Shown: positions 27,872-37,416, counted from the stretch's first letter. The stretch: 58,701 nt of DNA from Azoarcus sp. (GCA_013911595.1 JACESY010000001.1:1-58701), one strand, 5' to 3'. Numbers and translations: made by a program. Notes: generated by a model not told the origin, from the letters alone.

Positions 27872-29281
27872 CTACGGCGCAAACACGATCTCGACACGAC
27901 GGTTCATCTGGCGGCCGGTGGGGTTGTCGTTGCTGGCGACCGGGTTGTCTTGACCAAACGCCCGTGTGCGCAAGCGATTCGCGGGTACGCCCTGCCGCTG
28001 CAGTGCTGTCATCACGGCATTGGCACGCCCCTCGGACAAAGCCTGGTTGGCAGCGGCAGCGCCGACGTTGTCGGTGTGACCTTCGATCATGGCGGTCCGT
28101 TCGGGGTTGCGCTTGAAGAAGTCGGCCAGCTTCGCAATGTTGTTTGCGCTGGCGGGCTCAAGTTGCGACTGTCCGGTGCGGAACAGGAGGTCGCCCAGCG
28201 TAACGACCATGCCGCGCGGTGTCTCCTTTGCGTTGAGTTCCCTGAGCTCCGCTTCCAGGCTGCGGATGCGTGCGTCCCCACGCTGCACTTCCTGTTGCGA
28301 CTGCGCGAGTTGGCGTTGCGCGGCGTCGGTCTCCGCCGTGCTTCTGCTCAGGAGGACCGCGTCGCGCTGGGCGTCCTGTTGTGACTGCGCGAGTTGGACT
28401 TGCGCATCCTGTTGCGACTGCGCGAATCGTCGTTGCGCTGCATCAGCCTCGGCTTCGCGCGCGCTCAGACGCGTCGCTTCGTTGCGCACGTCCTGCTGCG
28501 ACTGCGCGAGTTGCACTTGCGCGTCCTGTTGCGTCTGCGCGCGCTGACGTTGCACGGCGTCAGCCTCGGCCGTGCGCGTGTTCAGACGCATTTCTTCGCT
28601 GCGCACGTCCTGTTGCGACTGCGCGAGTTGGCGCTGCGCGGCGTCAGCGTCGGCCGTACGAGCGTTCAGGCGCATCGCTTCGTTGCGCACGTCCTGTTGC
28701 GACTGCGCGAGTTGCACTTGCGCGTCCTGTTGCGTCTGAGCGCGCTGACGTTGCACGGCGTCAGCCTCGGCCGTGCGCGTGTTCAGGCGCATTGCTTCGT
28801 TGCGCACATCCTGTTGCGACTGCGCGAGTTGGCGTTGCGCGGCTTCAGCTTCGGCCGTGCGCATCGCTTCGTTTCGCGCGTCCTGTTGCGCCTGCGCGCG
28901 TTGGCGTTGCGCGGCTTCGGCCTCGGCCGCGCGCGCGCTTCGTTGCATCGCGTCACGCTCGGCGGAAGCGCCGGCGGTGATGGCCTGAGACGCACGGGCC
29001 GATGCGGTCTGTTCTGCAATGACTACGCGCTGTGACGTCATGTAGGCGAGATGATCAATTGTGGTAATGGGGCTTTCGCCGGCCAACGCCTCCTCTGCCA
29101 CGCGCAGCGATTCGCCTGCAGCTTTGAGTTCGTCGGGGGCCAGCGCGTTGATCTGCTGGTTGGCCTGCGCCGTAGCGTAGCGGTCGCGGGCATGGTCGAG
29201 CGCGCTGTTGCGTTCGGGAACGGAACTGCATGCGGCCAGCGCGGCGGTCAGCGTGGTGACTACGAGGGTGCGTGTTTTCAT
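27872..29281 (-). CDS. DUF4398-OmpA family lipoprotein with an expanded coiled-coil repeat region
   Basis: Lipobox LAAC; OmpA-like C domain RGMVVTLGDLLF...IEGHTDNVG...N..LSE.RA..V...GRQMNRRVE. Confidence 0.9.
   Translation of the reverse strand: MKTRTLVVTTLTAALAACSSVPERNSALDHARDRYATAQANQQINALAPDELKAAGESLRVAEEALAGESPITTIDHLAYMTSQRVVIAEQTASARASQAITAGASAERDAMQRSARAAEAEAAQRQRAQAQQDARNEAMRTAEAEAAQRQLAQSQQDVRNEAMRLNTRTAEADAVQRQRAQTQQDAQVQLAQSQQDVRNEAMRLNARTADADAAQRQLAQSQQDVRSEEMRLNTRTAEADAVQRQRAQTQQDAQVQLAQSQQDVRNEATRLSAREAEADAAQRRFAQSQQDAQVQLAQSQQDAQRDAVLLSRSTAETDAAQRQLAQSQQEVQRGDARIRSLEAELRELNAKETPRGMVVTLGDLLFRTGQSQLEPASANNIAKLADFFKRNPERTAMIEGHTDNVGAAAANQALSEGRANAVMTALQRQGVPANRLRTRAFGQDNPVASNDNPTGRQMNRRVEIVFAP
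28289..28927 (-). repeat. Intragenic tandem repeat array, 213 aa, 7 units
   Basis: Units AExxAxQRQxAQxQQD(+/-AQVQLAQSQQD)VRNEAMRLNxRT of 24, 28, 39, 28, 39, 39 and 16 aa; near-identical DNA at a 201-bp offset (28501 vs 28702). Confidence 0.95.
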
Positions 29282-29301
29282 GTTCTGAACTCCTGATCCG
29301 T

Positions 29302-29700
29302 TCAACGGACAGTCTTGCGGTTGATTTCTTCGCGCAATGCGCGCGCGGCGTCCTGTGATTCCGTGGCGGCCGTGAGGGCGCGCTCCGACTGGGCGTGCAG
29401 CATCGCAACGCGGGAGTCGACTTCAGCCTGCTCGGCAAGCTGCCCTGCCCGTTCGTATTCTTCGTCGGACATCGCCTGACGTGCGCTGGCGAGCTTGGCG
29501 GTGGCGATTTGCAGTTCGCGCGGGGCGCCTTCGCTGGTGTTGGTGGTGCTGGCGGTCTGGACCGCGGATTCGGCCACAGCCATTTTCGCGACTGGGCGTG
29601 GTGTGCTGGCACAGCCGCTCACGGCAAGCAGTGCAGCCGCCGCAAGGGCGAGCATCAGCGTAGTGTTCCGGGTGGGGATGAAGGGCAGGGTGTTCATCAT
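29302..29700 (-). CDS. DUF4398 family lipoprotein
   Basis: Lipobox VSGC, AP.EL..A..KL..A..AM..EEYE.A..LAEQAEVD; usual partner upstream of the OmpA-family gene. Confidence 0.85.
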   Translation of the reverse strand: MMNTLPFIPTRNTTLMLALAAAALLAVSGCASTPRPVAKMAVAESAVQTASTTNTSEGAPRELQIATAKLASARQAMSDEEYERAGQLAEQAEVDSRVAMLHAQSERALTAATESQDAARALREEINRKTVR

Positions 29701-30392
29701 TGTTCCTTTGGAATTCGACTTATAGCCCCGAAGAGCGGAGACGCGATGCGACAAACGCATCACCTCGAGTCCAGTATGGGTTGGCTTTCTGCGCTCGTCT
29801 GGGTGCTGGCGCACATACGCGCACAAGCCCCTGGCAGCGTCATCGGGCTGTCGGCATTCACTCCATCGCAAAGAATCATGTCGAATGCATGGGCGTGAAG
29901 GAATACACGCGCCTTGTGCGCACTGGGAGCCGCCACAAGGTCGAGAGTGGTCACGTCGCCTACGCCATGTTCGCCAGTCTGTTCGGGCGACATGCATGAA
30001 GTGAGCTACATCCACATCGAGGGCGTGCGCGAGCCCGCCCTTGCCTATGGCGGGCTCACTCAGGAGTACAGATATCACCACTCAGGCGTAAGACTGACTG
30101 CCTCTTCCCGCTGCAGACGCGGTCGATTAAAGCGAAGGGGCAAAGGCCGACTGGACCGGAAACAGAAGTACCGGCAGGGGTGAACGAATGGCGGCCTGAC
30201 GCTGACGCAGTCCTGAAAGGCCGCGTCCGCGTCAGGCCGCTACCGACTCGAAGCATTCATGAGATACAGACTTAACCTGCGCTGACGTGAATCAGCCCTC
30301 AACTCCCCCGGAGCCCGGTTGATGATCCGAAGCTAGGTGCTGATCGGTCCAACCGCAAGTTGCGCCATGGACCGTTCCTACCCGCAATCCGG

Positions 30393-30983
30393 TCATCCAG
30401 CGGGCCGGCCACCCCTCCGAGTGACAAACGCGCTGCCGCCGACGAGCAGCAACAATGCAAGCATGGCCCACGCCGACAGCGTGGGCACGGCTACGGGCGG
30501 CACACGCACGTGCAGACGGAAGGTGGTGTCGAAGTTCGGCGCAGCTGTGCCCGATGGACCGATATGGGCGCCCAGCGCATACGTGTCGACCTGGGAAATA
30601 CAGAGTCCAACGTTGCCGGCGGGAATCTCGATCCACCATGTGTATGTCTCGCCGGCCTGCAGGGCGAGCGGGACATCAATGACGAAACTGCGAAAGTCCG
30701 TACCGTCCGCGCTGGCCGTAAACGAGATCGCCTGAGAATGAAGAATCGGCCCGCCAAAACCCTCGCCCTCACCGAAATAGAGCGTGGCGTTGGCGTGAGA
30801 CTGGTCGGACACGATTTCCAGTTCGGTAATGAGCCCCGAAGCACCCGACAGGACGAACGACTGCCCACCCAAACTGCCGCCGGCATACCCGTTGCATACC
30901 TGATTTTCAATAAGGTATGAAGACGCGAACGCCGGAGCGGAAAACACGAACAGACACCAGCACCACAAAATCGAAAACCGCAT
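30393..30983 (-). CDS. Secreted protein with IPTL-CTERM (exosortase H) sorting domain
   Basis: N-terminal signal ending AFA; C-terminal VPTLSAWAMLALLLLVGGSAFVTRR; GGAGGT RBS. Confidence 0.8.
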   Translation of the reverse strand: MRFSILWCWCLFVFSAPAFASSYLIENQVCNGYAGGSLGGQSFVLSGASGLITELEIVSDQSHANATLYFGEGEGFGGPILHSQAISFTASADGTDFRSFVIDVPLALQAGETYTWWIEIPAGNVGLCISQVDTYALGAHIGPSGTAAPNFDTTFRLHVRVPPVAVPTLSAWAMLALLLLVGGSAFVTRRGGRPAG

Positions 30984-30998
30984 CAGACCTCCACCCGC

Positions 30999-31031
30999 AA
31001 AAGAAAAGGCCGGACAGCCCCTGTCCGGCCT
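30999..31031 (-). terminator. Intrinsic terminator (minus strand)
   Basis: AGGCCGGACAG-GGG-CTGTCCGGCCT followed by TTTCTTTT. Confidence 0.75.
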
Positions 31032-31196
31032 GCACACCCGAAATGCACGTACGTTACAGCGCTCGATTCACGGCCAGCCCCACGTGCAATGCGCATGCCC
31101 TAAAACGAGTTCCACGGCGCTCCTCGGACCGCCTGAACATATCACATGCTGGTGACAATACCCCTTGGGACAACCCGCGTCGCAACGACCTGGCAC

Positions 31197-31709
31197 TCAG
31201 ACGAGGATGCCATCGAGCATCAGGAAGCCGGGAACCCAGCCCGTGAGGATGCCGGTGACCACGGTCACTTGCCCGGTCAGGCGTACGATCGGCTTCTGCA
31301 TACCGAGCAGCAGAAAGAACAGAAACCACAGCACGGTCCAGGCCGCCCAGCAGAAGGCCAACCAGATACCGAGGGTCGATCCTGCGTCGGAAAATGCGCC
31401 GATCGTGACCGGGATCAGTGTGATGGCTACGAAGAAGCTGAACCACCCCAGCCCGCGCCCATCGGCGCCGTTGAAGCGATTGAGCGCCACCCAGAGATAG
31501 GTGAACGTGAAGAGCAAGGTCAAGGCCGCTGCGCGTATCGACGCCGGATCGCCTTCGATGAAGGCTAGGTGCAGGGCGACGAGCAGGGTTAGTCCGCCCA
31601 CGAAGATGTTGATGACCGCGATCTCCCGGTCGCCGATCCGGCCGAGCAGCCAAAGCCCGTTCAGGAACAGAACGGCGCCAACATAGAGCAGAGCGAGTCC
31701 GAGCAGCAT
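31197..31709 (-). CDS. amiS: AmiS/UreI family amide/urea channel
   Basis: LLYVGAVLFLNG, LLFTFTYLW, DGRGLGWFSFFVA, W.AW..LWF.FF. Confidence 0.93.
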   Translation of the reverse strand: MLLGLALLYVGAVLFLNGLWLLGRIGDREIAVINIFVGGLTLLVALHLAFIEGDPASIRAAALTLLFTFTYLWVALNRFNGADGRGLGWFSFFVAITLIPVTIGAFSDAGSTLGIWLAFCWAAWTVLWFLFFLLLGMQKPIVRLTGQVTVVTGILTGWVPGFLMLDGILV

Positions 31710-31750
31710 GATGATCCTCCCGTCGCCAGTGTTCGGCTGAAGATGGATTG

Positions 31751-31842
31751 ATCATATGCAGAGGGCAAAGCCGGCGAATCACCCTGTTCGAGGAAATTCC
31801 CCTCACCTGTTCGGATGAGAGAGACCTCACCGGACGGGGTGA
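31751..31842 (-). promoter_or_regulatory. amiS promoter with three TCACC-N6-GG(A/G)TGA-type boxes and -10 TATGAT
   Basis: Boxes start at 31779, 31803 and 31827 (exact 24-bp spacing); same layout as the fmdA promoter. Confidence 0.7.
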
Positions 31843-31859
31843 ATCGGCCTCTTCGACAT

Positions 31860-32996
31860 TCAGTCGATGTCGACGCAGATGCGAGAGTGCAGGTGCACCA
31901 GTTCCATCTGACTGTGCGTGTCGGTCTTCTGAAAGATCTGCTTGAGGTGACTGCGTACCGTGTTCTCGGACACATGCAGGATGCGTGCTGCGCTGGCGAG
32001 GCTGTGCCCCGTAAACAGCAAGCTGCTCAAGCGCGCCTGGGCGGGAGTGAAGTCGAACTGCTGGGCGAAGGAACAATGATCATGGCGACTGTGCTGGTTG
32101 CGGGCAGAGACGGCGATCAGATCGCACCATTCGCCGCGCTCCGCGGTAAAACTGCGACCGGCCGCGTAGACCGAGACCACCGTCGGATGCGCGCCAGACG
32201 ACGTGCTGATGCTCAACACCTGGGGCGAATGTGACTCACCCGTGCAGGCACGCGCCGCGACTGCTCGGACGGCCTCGTGCAGTGCGAGATTGTCTACCGA
32301 GGTAAGTGCACTCAGGCAGTTGTGCGGCGCGATCAGCCCCGAATCCTGCTCAAGCAGCAGGCCGGCTGCCCGGTTCTGAAAGACGATGCGGCATTGAGCG
32401 TCGGTGAGAAAGGTCGCAACTGCGGTCTGCTCGATAACTTCCGTCAGCGCGAGGCCGAAATCGTATGCCTCGCGCTGCTTCCAGCCATTCTCCAGCGCCA
32501 AGGACAAGTGCGCGAGGACGTCGCCGAGGCGCGCGCGCTCGTCGGCCGTGAAATCCGGCTGATCTTCGCTGCGATGCGCCGCGATGTAGTAGATGAGATC
32601 GCCGCGCCGCGCCGCGACCCCGCAAAGGCGATGCAGCAAGCCGTTGGGTTGCATCAGCTTGCGATAAAAATCGGTGCGCTTTAGCTCCTGCGTACCGAGA
32701 AGGTCGGTGCCTCGTAACACGGAGCCGGTCGCATATTCTTCGCTGGAAAGAAACCAGGGGTTACGTGCAGCGTGCTCGGCATAGGTTTCGCGAAGGTCGG
32801 GATCCTCGGGCGCATGATGGAGGATTTCACCGTGGCCACTGAGAAAGTGATGTCGGGCGATGGTCGTCCAACGACTGTCCAACCAGTCGCGCAGATGACG
32901 CAGAGTCTCGCCCCATGCGGAGTCGTCGTGAGTCGTCGCGTGGATGCTGTAGAGCAAGGCGCTGATGCGCGCCTGATCGCCAGTTTGGGCGGGCAC
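31860..32996 (-). CDS. LuxR-type HTH regulator with N-terminal sensor/PAS region
   Basis: C-terminal FTPAQARL...L..G.SL..AA..L.VSENTVRSHLK.IF.KT.T.SQ.ELV; GTG start with AGGAGGAG RBS. Confidence 0.9.
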   Translation of the reverse strand: MPAQTGDQARISALLYSIHATTHDDSAWGETLRHLRDWLDSRWTTIARHHFLSGHGEILHHAPEDPDLRETYAEHAARNPWFLSSEEYATGSVLRGTDLLGTQELKRTDFYRKLMQPNGLLHRLCGVAARRGDLIYYIAAHRSEDQPDFTADERARLGDVLAHLSLALENGWKQREAYDFGLALTEVIEQTAVATFLTDAQCRIVFQNRAAGLLLEQDSGLIAPHNCLSALTSVDNLALHEAVRAVAARACTGESHSPQVLSISTSSGAHPTVVSVYAAGRSFTAERGEWCDLIAVSARNQHSRHDHCSFAQQFDFTPAQARLSSLLFTGHSLASAARILHVSENTVRSHLKQIFQKTDTHSQMELVHLHSRICVDID

Positions 32997-33193
32997 GGCT
33001 TTCTCCTCCTCCTGTTTCCGCTGCTACCGGGCGCGGTTTGGGCTTCTTCGAGCCGATCGCCGCAAGCATAGCCTCCTCACTATAGGACGTTCTCGCCGGA
33101 TGAAAAGGTCCGCGACCAGCGCGCGGCCCCGTGGGGGGTGCGCGCCTTGCACCGGGAAGCCGTTTGGGCGAATAATCGGCGAGCCCGTCCTGT

Positions 33194-35995
33194 ATGTCAT
33201 CTTCAAGGGCGGTGCGCCGCGCGCGGAGCGAATTGCCTGTGAGACGCATCAAGCGGGAGTATCAATCCTGGGTCGCAAACGAGACGCTGGAGGACTATGC
33301 GCTTCGTTATGCGGCGCGTTCCTACAGGCGCTGGCACCCGTTCGTCCTCGCCAATACCGCGATCGGCGGCATCTCGTTTCTGGCGCTTGAGGCGATTGGC
33401 GGCGCGCTCACGATCAGCTACGGTTTCCAGAATGCGTTCCCGGCGATTGTGATCGTCAGCCTGCTGATCTTTCTCATCAGCACGCCAATCGCGTATTACT
33501 GCGCCGAGGCCAACGTCGACATCGACCTGCTCACGCGCGGTGCGGGCTTCGGCTACATCGGCTCCACCATCACCTCGCTGATCTACGCATCGTTCACGTT
33601 CATCTTCTTCGCGCTCGAAGCGGCGATCATGGCCCAGGCGCTCGAGCTGGTCACCGGACTGAACATCACCATCGGCTATCTGATCTGCTCTCTGGTGATC
33701 ATCCCGATGGTTTTTTTCGGCGTCACCCTGATCAACCGCTTCCAGATGCTCACGCAGTTGCTGTGGATCGCACTGCTCATCACCCCGTTCGCGTTCGTCC
33801 TCTACAAGGACCCGGGGGTCATCGACGCCTGGACCTCCTACGTGGGTCCGCAAGAAGGTTTCAATCCGCTCTTCTTCGGAGCTGCAACCGGGGTCTTGCT
33901 TTCGCTGGTCGTCCAGATCGGGGAACAGACCGACTATCTGCGCTTTCTGCCCGACCGGGAGAGGAGCAATCGATTTGCATGGTGGGCCGCGCTGATCGGC
34001 ACGGGACCGGGCTGGATCGTTCTGGGCGGGCTCAAGATCCTTGCCGGCAGCCTGCTGGCCGTGCTGTGTCTGCGGGCCGGAGCGTCGTTGAGCGAGGCGG
34101 TGTCACCGATCCAGATGTACATCGTCGCCTACGAACACGTTTTCGACGAACGCTGGCTGGTACTTGGCTTCGCGCTGATATTCGTGCTTGTCTCGCAGGT
34201 CAAGATCAACGTCACCAACGCGTACGCGGGCTCGCTCGCGTGGTCCAATGCCTTCGCCAGACTGGCGCAATATCACCCCGGACGGGTGGTGTGGCTGGTG
34301 TTCAACGTGCTCATCGCACTGCTGCTGACGTTGATGGGCATCCTCGCCACACTGGAAGCCGTCCTGACGGTCTATTCCAACGTCGCGACAGCCTGGATCG
34401 GAGCCCTTGTGGCCGACCTTGTCGTGCTCAAGCCGCTGGGCATCAGCCCTCGCTACGTGGAGTTCAAGCGCGCCTACCTGCACAATTTCAACCCGGTGGG
34501 CTGTGGCGCGATGCTCATCGCCTCGGTGCTGTCGATCGTCGCCTACACGGGTGCGTTCGGTGCGGTACTCGAGGCCTACGCGGCTTTCCTCGCCTTCGGG
34601 CTGGCCTTTGTCAGTGCGATCCTGATCGCGCTGCTCACGGGCGGACGCTACTACCTTGCGCGCATCGATTCCGACTATCGGGCGAAGACCCCGGCCGGCA
34701 GCGACGGCACGGTGCCGACGGAACGCTGTTCGGTCTGTGAGCGCGATTACGAGCCACGCGACATGGCCTACTGCACCTTTTATCGCGGCCCGATCTGTTC
34801 GCTTTGCTGCGGCCTGGAGGCGCATTGTCACGACTTCTGCAAGCAGCCGGCCGTCGCCTCCGAGCCATCCCACGTCGCGCCCGGATCGGCACACTTCGCC
34901 CCCCATTTCGGCCGCCGCATCGGGCGCTTCTTTGCGTTGTTCGGGATCGTCGCAGCGGCGATGGCCGCCGTGTTTCTGCTTGCCTATCGTCTGCTCGATG
35001 TCGAGGATCTCGCCTTCGGTCAGGAACTGGGTGAGATTCTCGTGCGCATCTACCTGGCGACACTGATCCTCATCGCGGTCGGGATCTGGTGGATCGTACT
35101 GTCCCACGAGAGCCGGGAACTGGCCGAAGGAGAGTTGCTTCAGTCTCTGCATCAACTTGAGCTGGCCCGCTCGGAACTCGTAGAGTCCGAAAGAATGGCT
35201 TCGCTGGGGGGTTTGGTTGCCGGCGTGGCCCATGAAATCAACACGCCGGTCGGGATCGCCGTGAGCGCCGCATCCTACCTGCGCGAGCGCTCCGAGGAAC
35301 TGCGCGCCCGATTCGAGCGGGGAGACCTGACGGAGGAGGAGTTGCGCGCGTACATTGATGAGGCGCTCGAATCCGCACGATTGCTCGCTTCCAACGCCGA
35401 TCGGGCGGCACGTCTGGTCAAGAGTTTCAAGCAGGTCGCGGTCGACCAGAGCAGCGAGCAGCGGCGACGTTTCGACCTCGCGCACTACATGGAAGAGACA
35501 CTGCGCAATCTGAAACCGGCCCTGCAGCATCGACCGCTTCAAACTCATCTGGACTGTCCAGCCGGAATCGAGATGGACACCTATCCCGGACCACTGGCTC
35601 AGGTGCTGACCAACCTCGTCATCAACGCATCTCAGAACGATTTCGCGGAGAACGAGAGTGGCAACATCACGTTGTCGGCCCGCCTGGACGGGGACGACGA
35701 GGTGCTCATTTCGTGCGCCGACAACGGCCAGGGCGTTCCCGAACAGATACGCGAACACATCTTCGAGCCCTTTTTCACGACCCGTCGTGGATCCGGTGGC
35801 AGCGGCCTGGGCCTGTATCTGGCCTACACCCTGGTCACGCAGCAGCTCGAAGGCACGATCGGGGTGCACAATGTAACGACCGGCGGGGCAGTGTTCTGGC
35901 TGCGCCTGCCGCGCGTTCATCCGGGCGGATCCAGCCTCGCTGATGCGATGCGCCATAGAACAGACGGACAGTTCAATGAACCACAACAAGGATGA
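33194..35995 (+). CDS. Sensor histidine kinase with N-terminal purine/cytosine-permease-like transporter domain and Cys-rich linker
   Basis: ETLEDYALR, DIDLLTRGAGFG, QIGEQTDYLR, NAYAGSLAWS across many TMs; CSVC...C...CSLCC....CHDFC; H-box GVAHEINTP, N-box NLVINA, DNGQG, FEPFFTT, GSGLGL. Confidence 0.9.
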   Translation: MSSSRAVRRARSELPVRRIKREYQSWVANETLEDYALRYAARSYRRWHPFVLANTAIGGISFLALEAIGGALTISYGFQNAFPAIVIVSLLIFLISTPIAYYCAEANVDIDLLTRGAGFGYIGSTITSLIYASFTFIFFALEAAIMAQALELVTGLNITIGYLICSLVIIPMVFFGVTLINRFQMLTQLLWIALLITPFAFVLYKDPGVIDAWTSYVGPQEGFNPLFFGAATGVLLSLVVQIGEQTDYLRFLPDRERSNRFAWWAALIGTGPGWIVLGGLKILAGSLLAVLCLRAGASLSEAVSPIQMYIVAYEHVFDERWLVLGFALIFVLVSQVKINVTNAYAGSLAWSNAFARLAQYHPGRVVWLVFNVLIALLLTLMGILATLEAVLTVYSNVATAWIGALVADLVVLKPLGISPRYVEFKRAYLHNFNPVGCGAMLIASVLSIVAYTGAFGAVLEAYAAFLAFGLAFVSAILIALLTGGRYYLARIDSDYRAKTPAGSDGTVPTERCSVCERDYEPRDMAYCTFYRGPICSLCCGLEAHCHDFCKQPAVASEPSHVAPGSAHFAPHFGRRIGRFFALFGIVAAAMAAVFLLAYRLLDVEDLAFGQELGEILVRIYLATLILIAVGIWWIVLSHESRELAEGELLQSLHQLELARSELVESERMASLGGLVAGVAHEINTPVGIAVSAASYLRERSEELRARFERGDLTEEELRAYIDEALESARLLASNADRAARLVKSFKQVAVDQSSEQRRRFDLAHYMEETLRNLKPALQHRPLQTHLDCPAGIEMDTYPGPLAQVLTNLVINASQNDFAENESGNITLSARLDGDDEVLISCADNGQGVPEQIREHIFEPFFTTRRGSGGSGLGLYLAYTLVTQQLEGTIGVHNVTTGGAVFWLRLPRVHPGGSSLADAMRHRTDGQFNEPQQG

Positions 35996-37232
35996 GTCCG
36001 AATCGCGCGATCGTGGCGCCTGCGCTGTCCCCGCAGATGCGTGGCGGGTGCTGGTCGTGGACGATGAACCGGAAGTCTTCGCCATCACTCGCCTGGTGCT
36101 CGGGCGCATGCAGTTTCGAGCGCGGCCCGTTCTGGTCGAAGGCGTAGCCAGTGCGGCAGAGGCGCACGGTTACCTCGAACGGCATCCCGATACGGCAATC
36201 GTCCTGTTGGACCTGGTGATGGAGACCGATGACGCCGGGCTGCGCCTGGTTCGCCACATTCGTGAGCATGCGGGCCTGAGGCAACTGCAGATTCTCGTCC
36301 GCACGGGGCACCCCGCAGTTGCGCCCGAGGCCGACGTCATCGCCGCCTACGACATCAACGGCTACTACCTGAAGACCGAACTGACCGCCCAGCGACTGCG
36401 CTCGGCGATCACGTTCGCGCTGCGCAACCTGGAGGCTGCCGGCATCGCCCCCGCTTCGGCATCCGCAAAGCTGGTGAGCGGAGTCGAGGACGAGACGATA
36501 CGGCGAGCGCTCGACGAGCTCGCTCAGGCCATCGAACAGCCGCCGGTGATCGAGCCGCGCGTGCATCTGGCTTCAGGACAGATCTCGACGTACGAGGTGA
36601 GCATCGGGCCGCTGCCAGGGATCGCACCCGAAGCGTTTTCGAGTGCATTGGCACGGCTTCCAGAAAGCGCGCGTCTCGCCTGGGATCGGCGCGTTGTGGC
36701 CATGCTTCCCGATCTGTTCGCCACGCTGACTGAAAATGCCACGGCAACGCGTCTCGCGTTCCGCATGCTCTCGCTCGGGATGGGGGGCGAGGACGGACCA
36801 CAGATGTTCGAGCGCCTGCTTGATCGAACCGGCCTACCGCCGAGCCGTTTCGAGCTGTGCGTGCCCGAACGCGGACTGGCCGGGTGGTCTGAACGATGTG
36901 CTGCGCTGCGCAAGCGCGGCGTGATCCTGACACTGGACGGAGTCGGCCTGGGTGCAATGTCATTGCCCGACATCCAGCGTTTGCGCCCCGATATCGTTGC
37001 CTTGCACCCGGAGATCGTCTGCGGAGTCAGCGATGACGTCGAACGAGCGGCAATCGTGCGCAGTGTGGTTGCGCTGACCCACACACTGGGAGCGCAATCG
37101 CTCGCGCGCGGAGTCGCCTCAAACGCGGACATCCAGTTCTGCAAATGGGAGGGCTGCGAATTCGTCCAGGGACCTGCGGTATCGCCACTCGTCGAGTACG
37201 GCGGACCCGCACCGTCGCCGCGTTTGCACTGA
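35976..37232 (+). CDS. Response regulator: REC plus degenerate EAL domain
   Basis: VLVVDDE, LLDLVME, RTG, K; EAL motif replaced by YEVSI, DDFGTG by LDGVGLG, EGVE by RGVA; QG kept; overlaps the kinase stop. Confidence 0.82.
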   Translation: MNHNKDESESRDRGACAVPADAWRVLVVDDEPEVFAITRLVLGRMQFRARPVLVEGVASAAEAHGYLERHPDTAIVLLDLVMETDDAGLRLVRHIREHAGLRQLQILVRTGHPAVAPEADVIAAYDINGYYLKTELTAQRLRSAITFALRNLEAAGIAPASASAKLVSGVEDETIRRALDELAQAIEQPPVIEPRVHLASGQISTYEVSIGPLPGIAPEAFSSALARLPESARLAWDRRVVAMLPDLFATLTENATATRLAFRMLSLGMGGEDGPQMFERLLDRTGLPPSRFELCVPERGLAGWSERCAALRKRGVILTLDGVGLGAMSLPDIQRLRPDIVALHPEIVCGVSDDVERAAIVRSVVALTHTLGAQSLARGVASNADIQFCKWEGCEFVQGPAVSPLVEYGGPAPSPRLH

Positions 37233-37273
37233 GTTCATCGCGGTGTCCAAGCGCGGTCGTCGCGCGCCTGAAT

Positions 37274-37340
37274 TCACCCATTCGGGTGAGAGCAAATCCT
37301 CGATGGGGGTGATTCCCCGACCTTGACCGTTGCCTAAGAT
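37274..37340 (+). promoter_or_regulatory. fmdA promoter with two TCACC-type boxes and -10 TAAGAT
   Basis: TCACCCATTCGGGTGA (37274), TCCTCGATGGGGGTGA (37297), TAAGAT (37335-37340). Confidence 0.7.
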
Positions 37341-37416
37341 GGTTTTGCGATCGACATGGCTGCATGAAGTGGCCGGCGATCTCAATTTCATGACATTGGC
37401 CAAGGAGGAGACCACC

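Noticed and set aside
28289-28927. Repeat array as a CRISPR or non-coding repeat
   Set aside because: Units are in-frame multiples of 3 inside an intact CDS, with no unique spacers
29800-29818. TGGGTGCTGGCGCACATAC as a possible Crp-family site upstream of the DUF4398/OmpA pair
   Set aside because: Single imperfect copy and no cognate regulator in the window
31032-31196. c-di-GMP-I riboswitch upstream of the IPTL-CTERM gene
   Set aside because: The GEMM hallmarks (GGCAAAC...GAAA...GACGCAAA) are not visible
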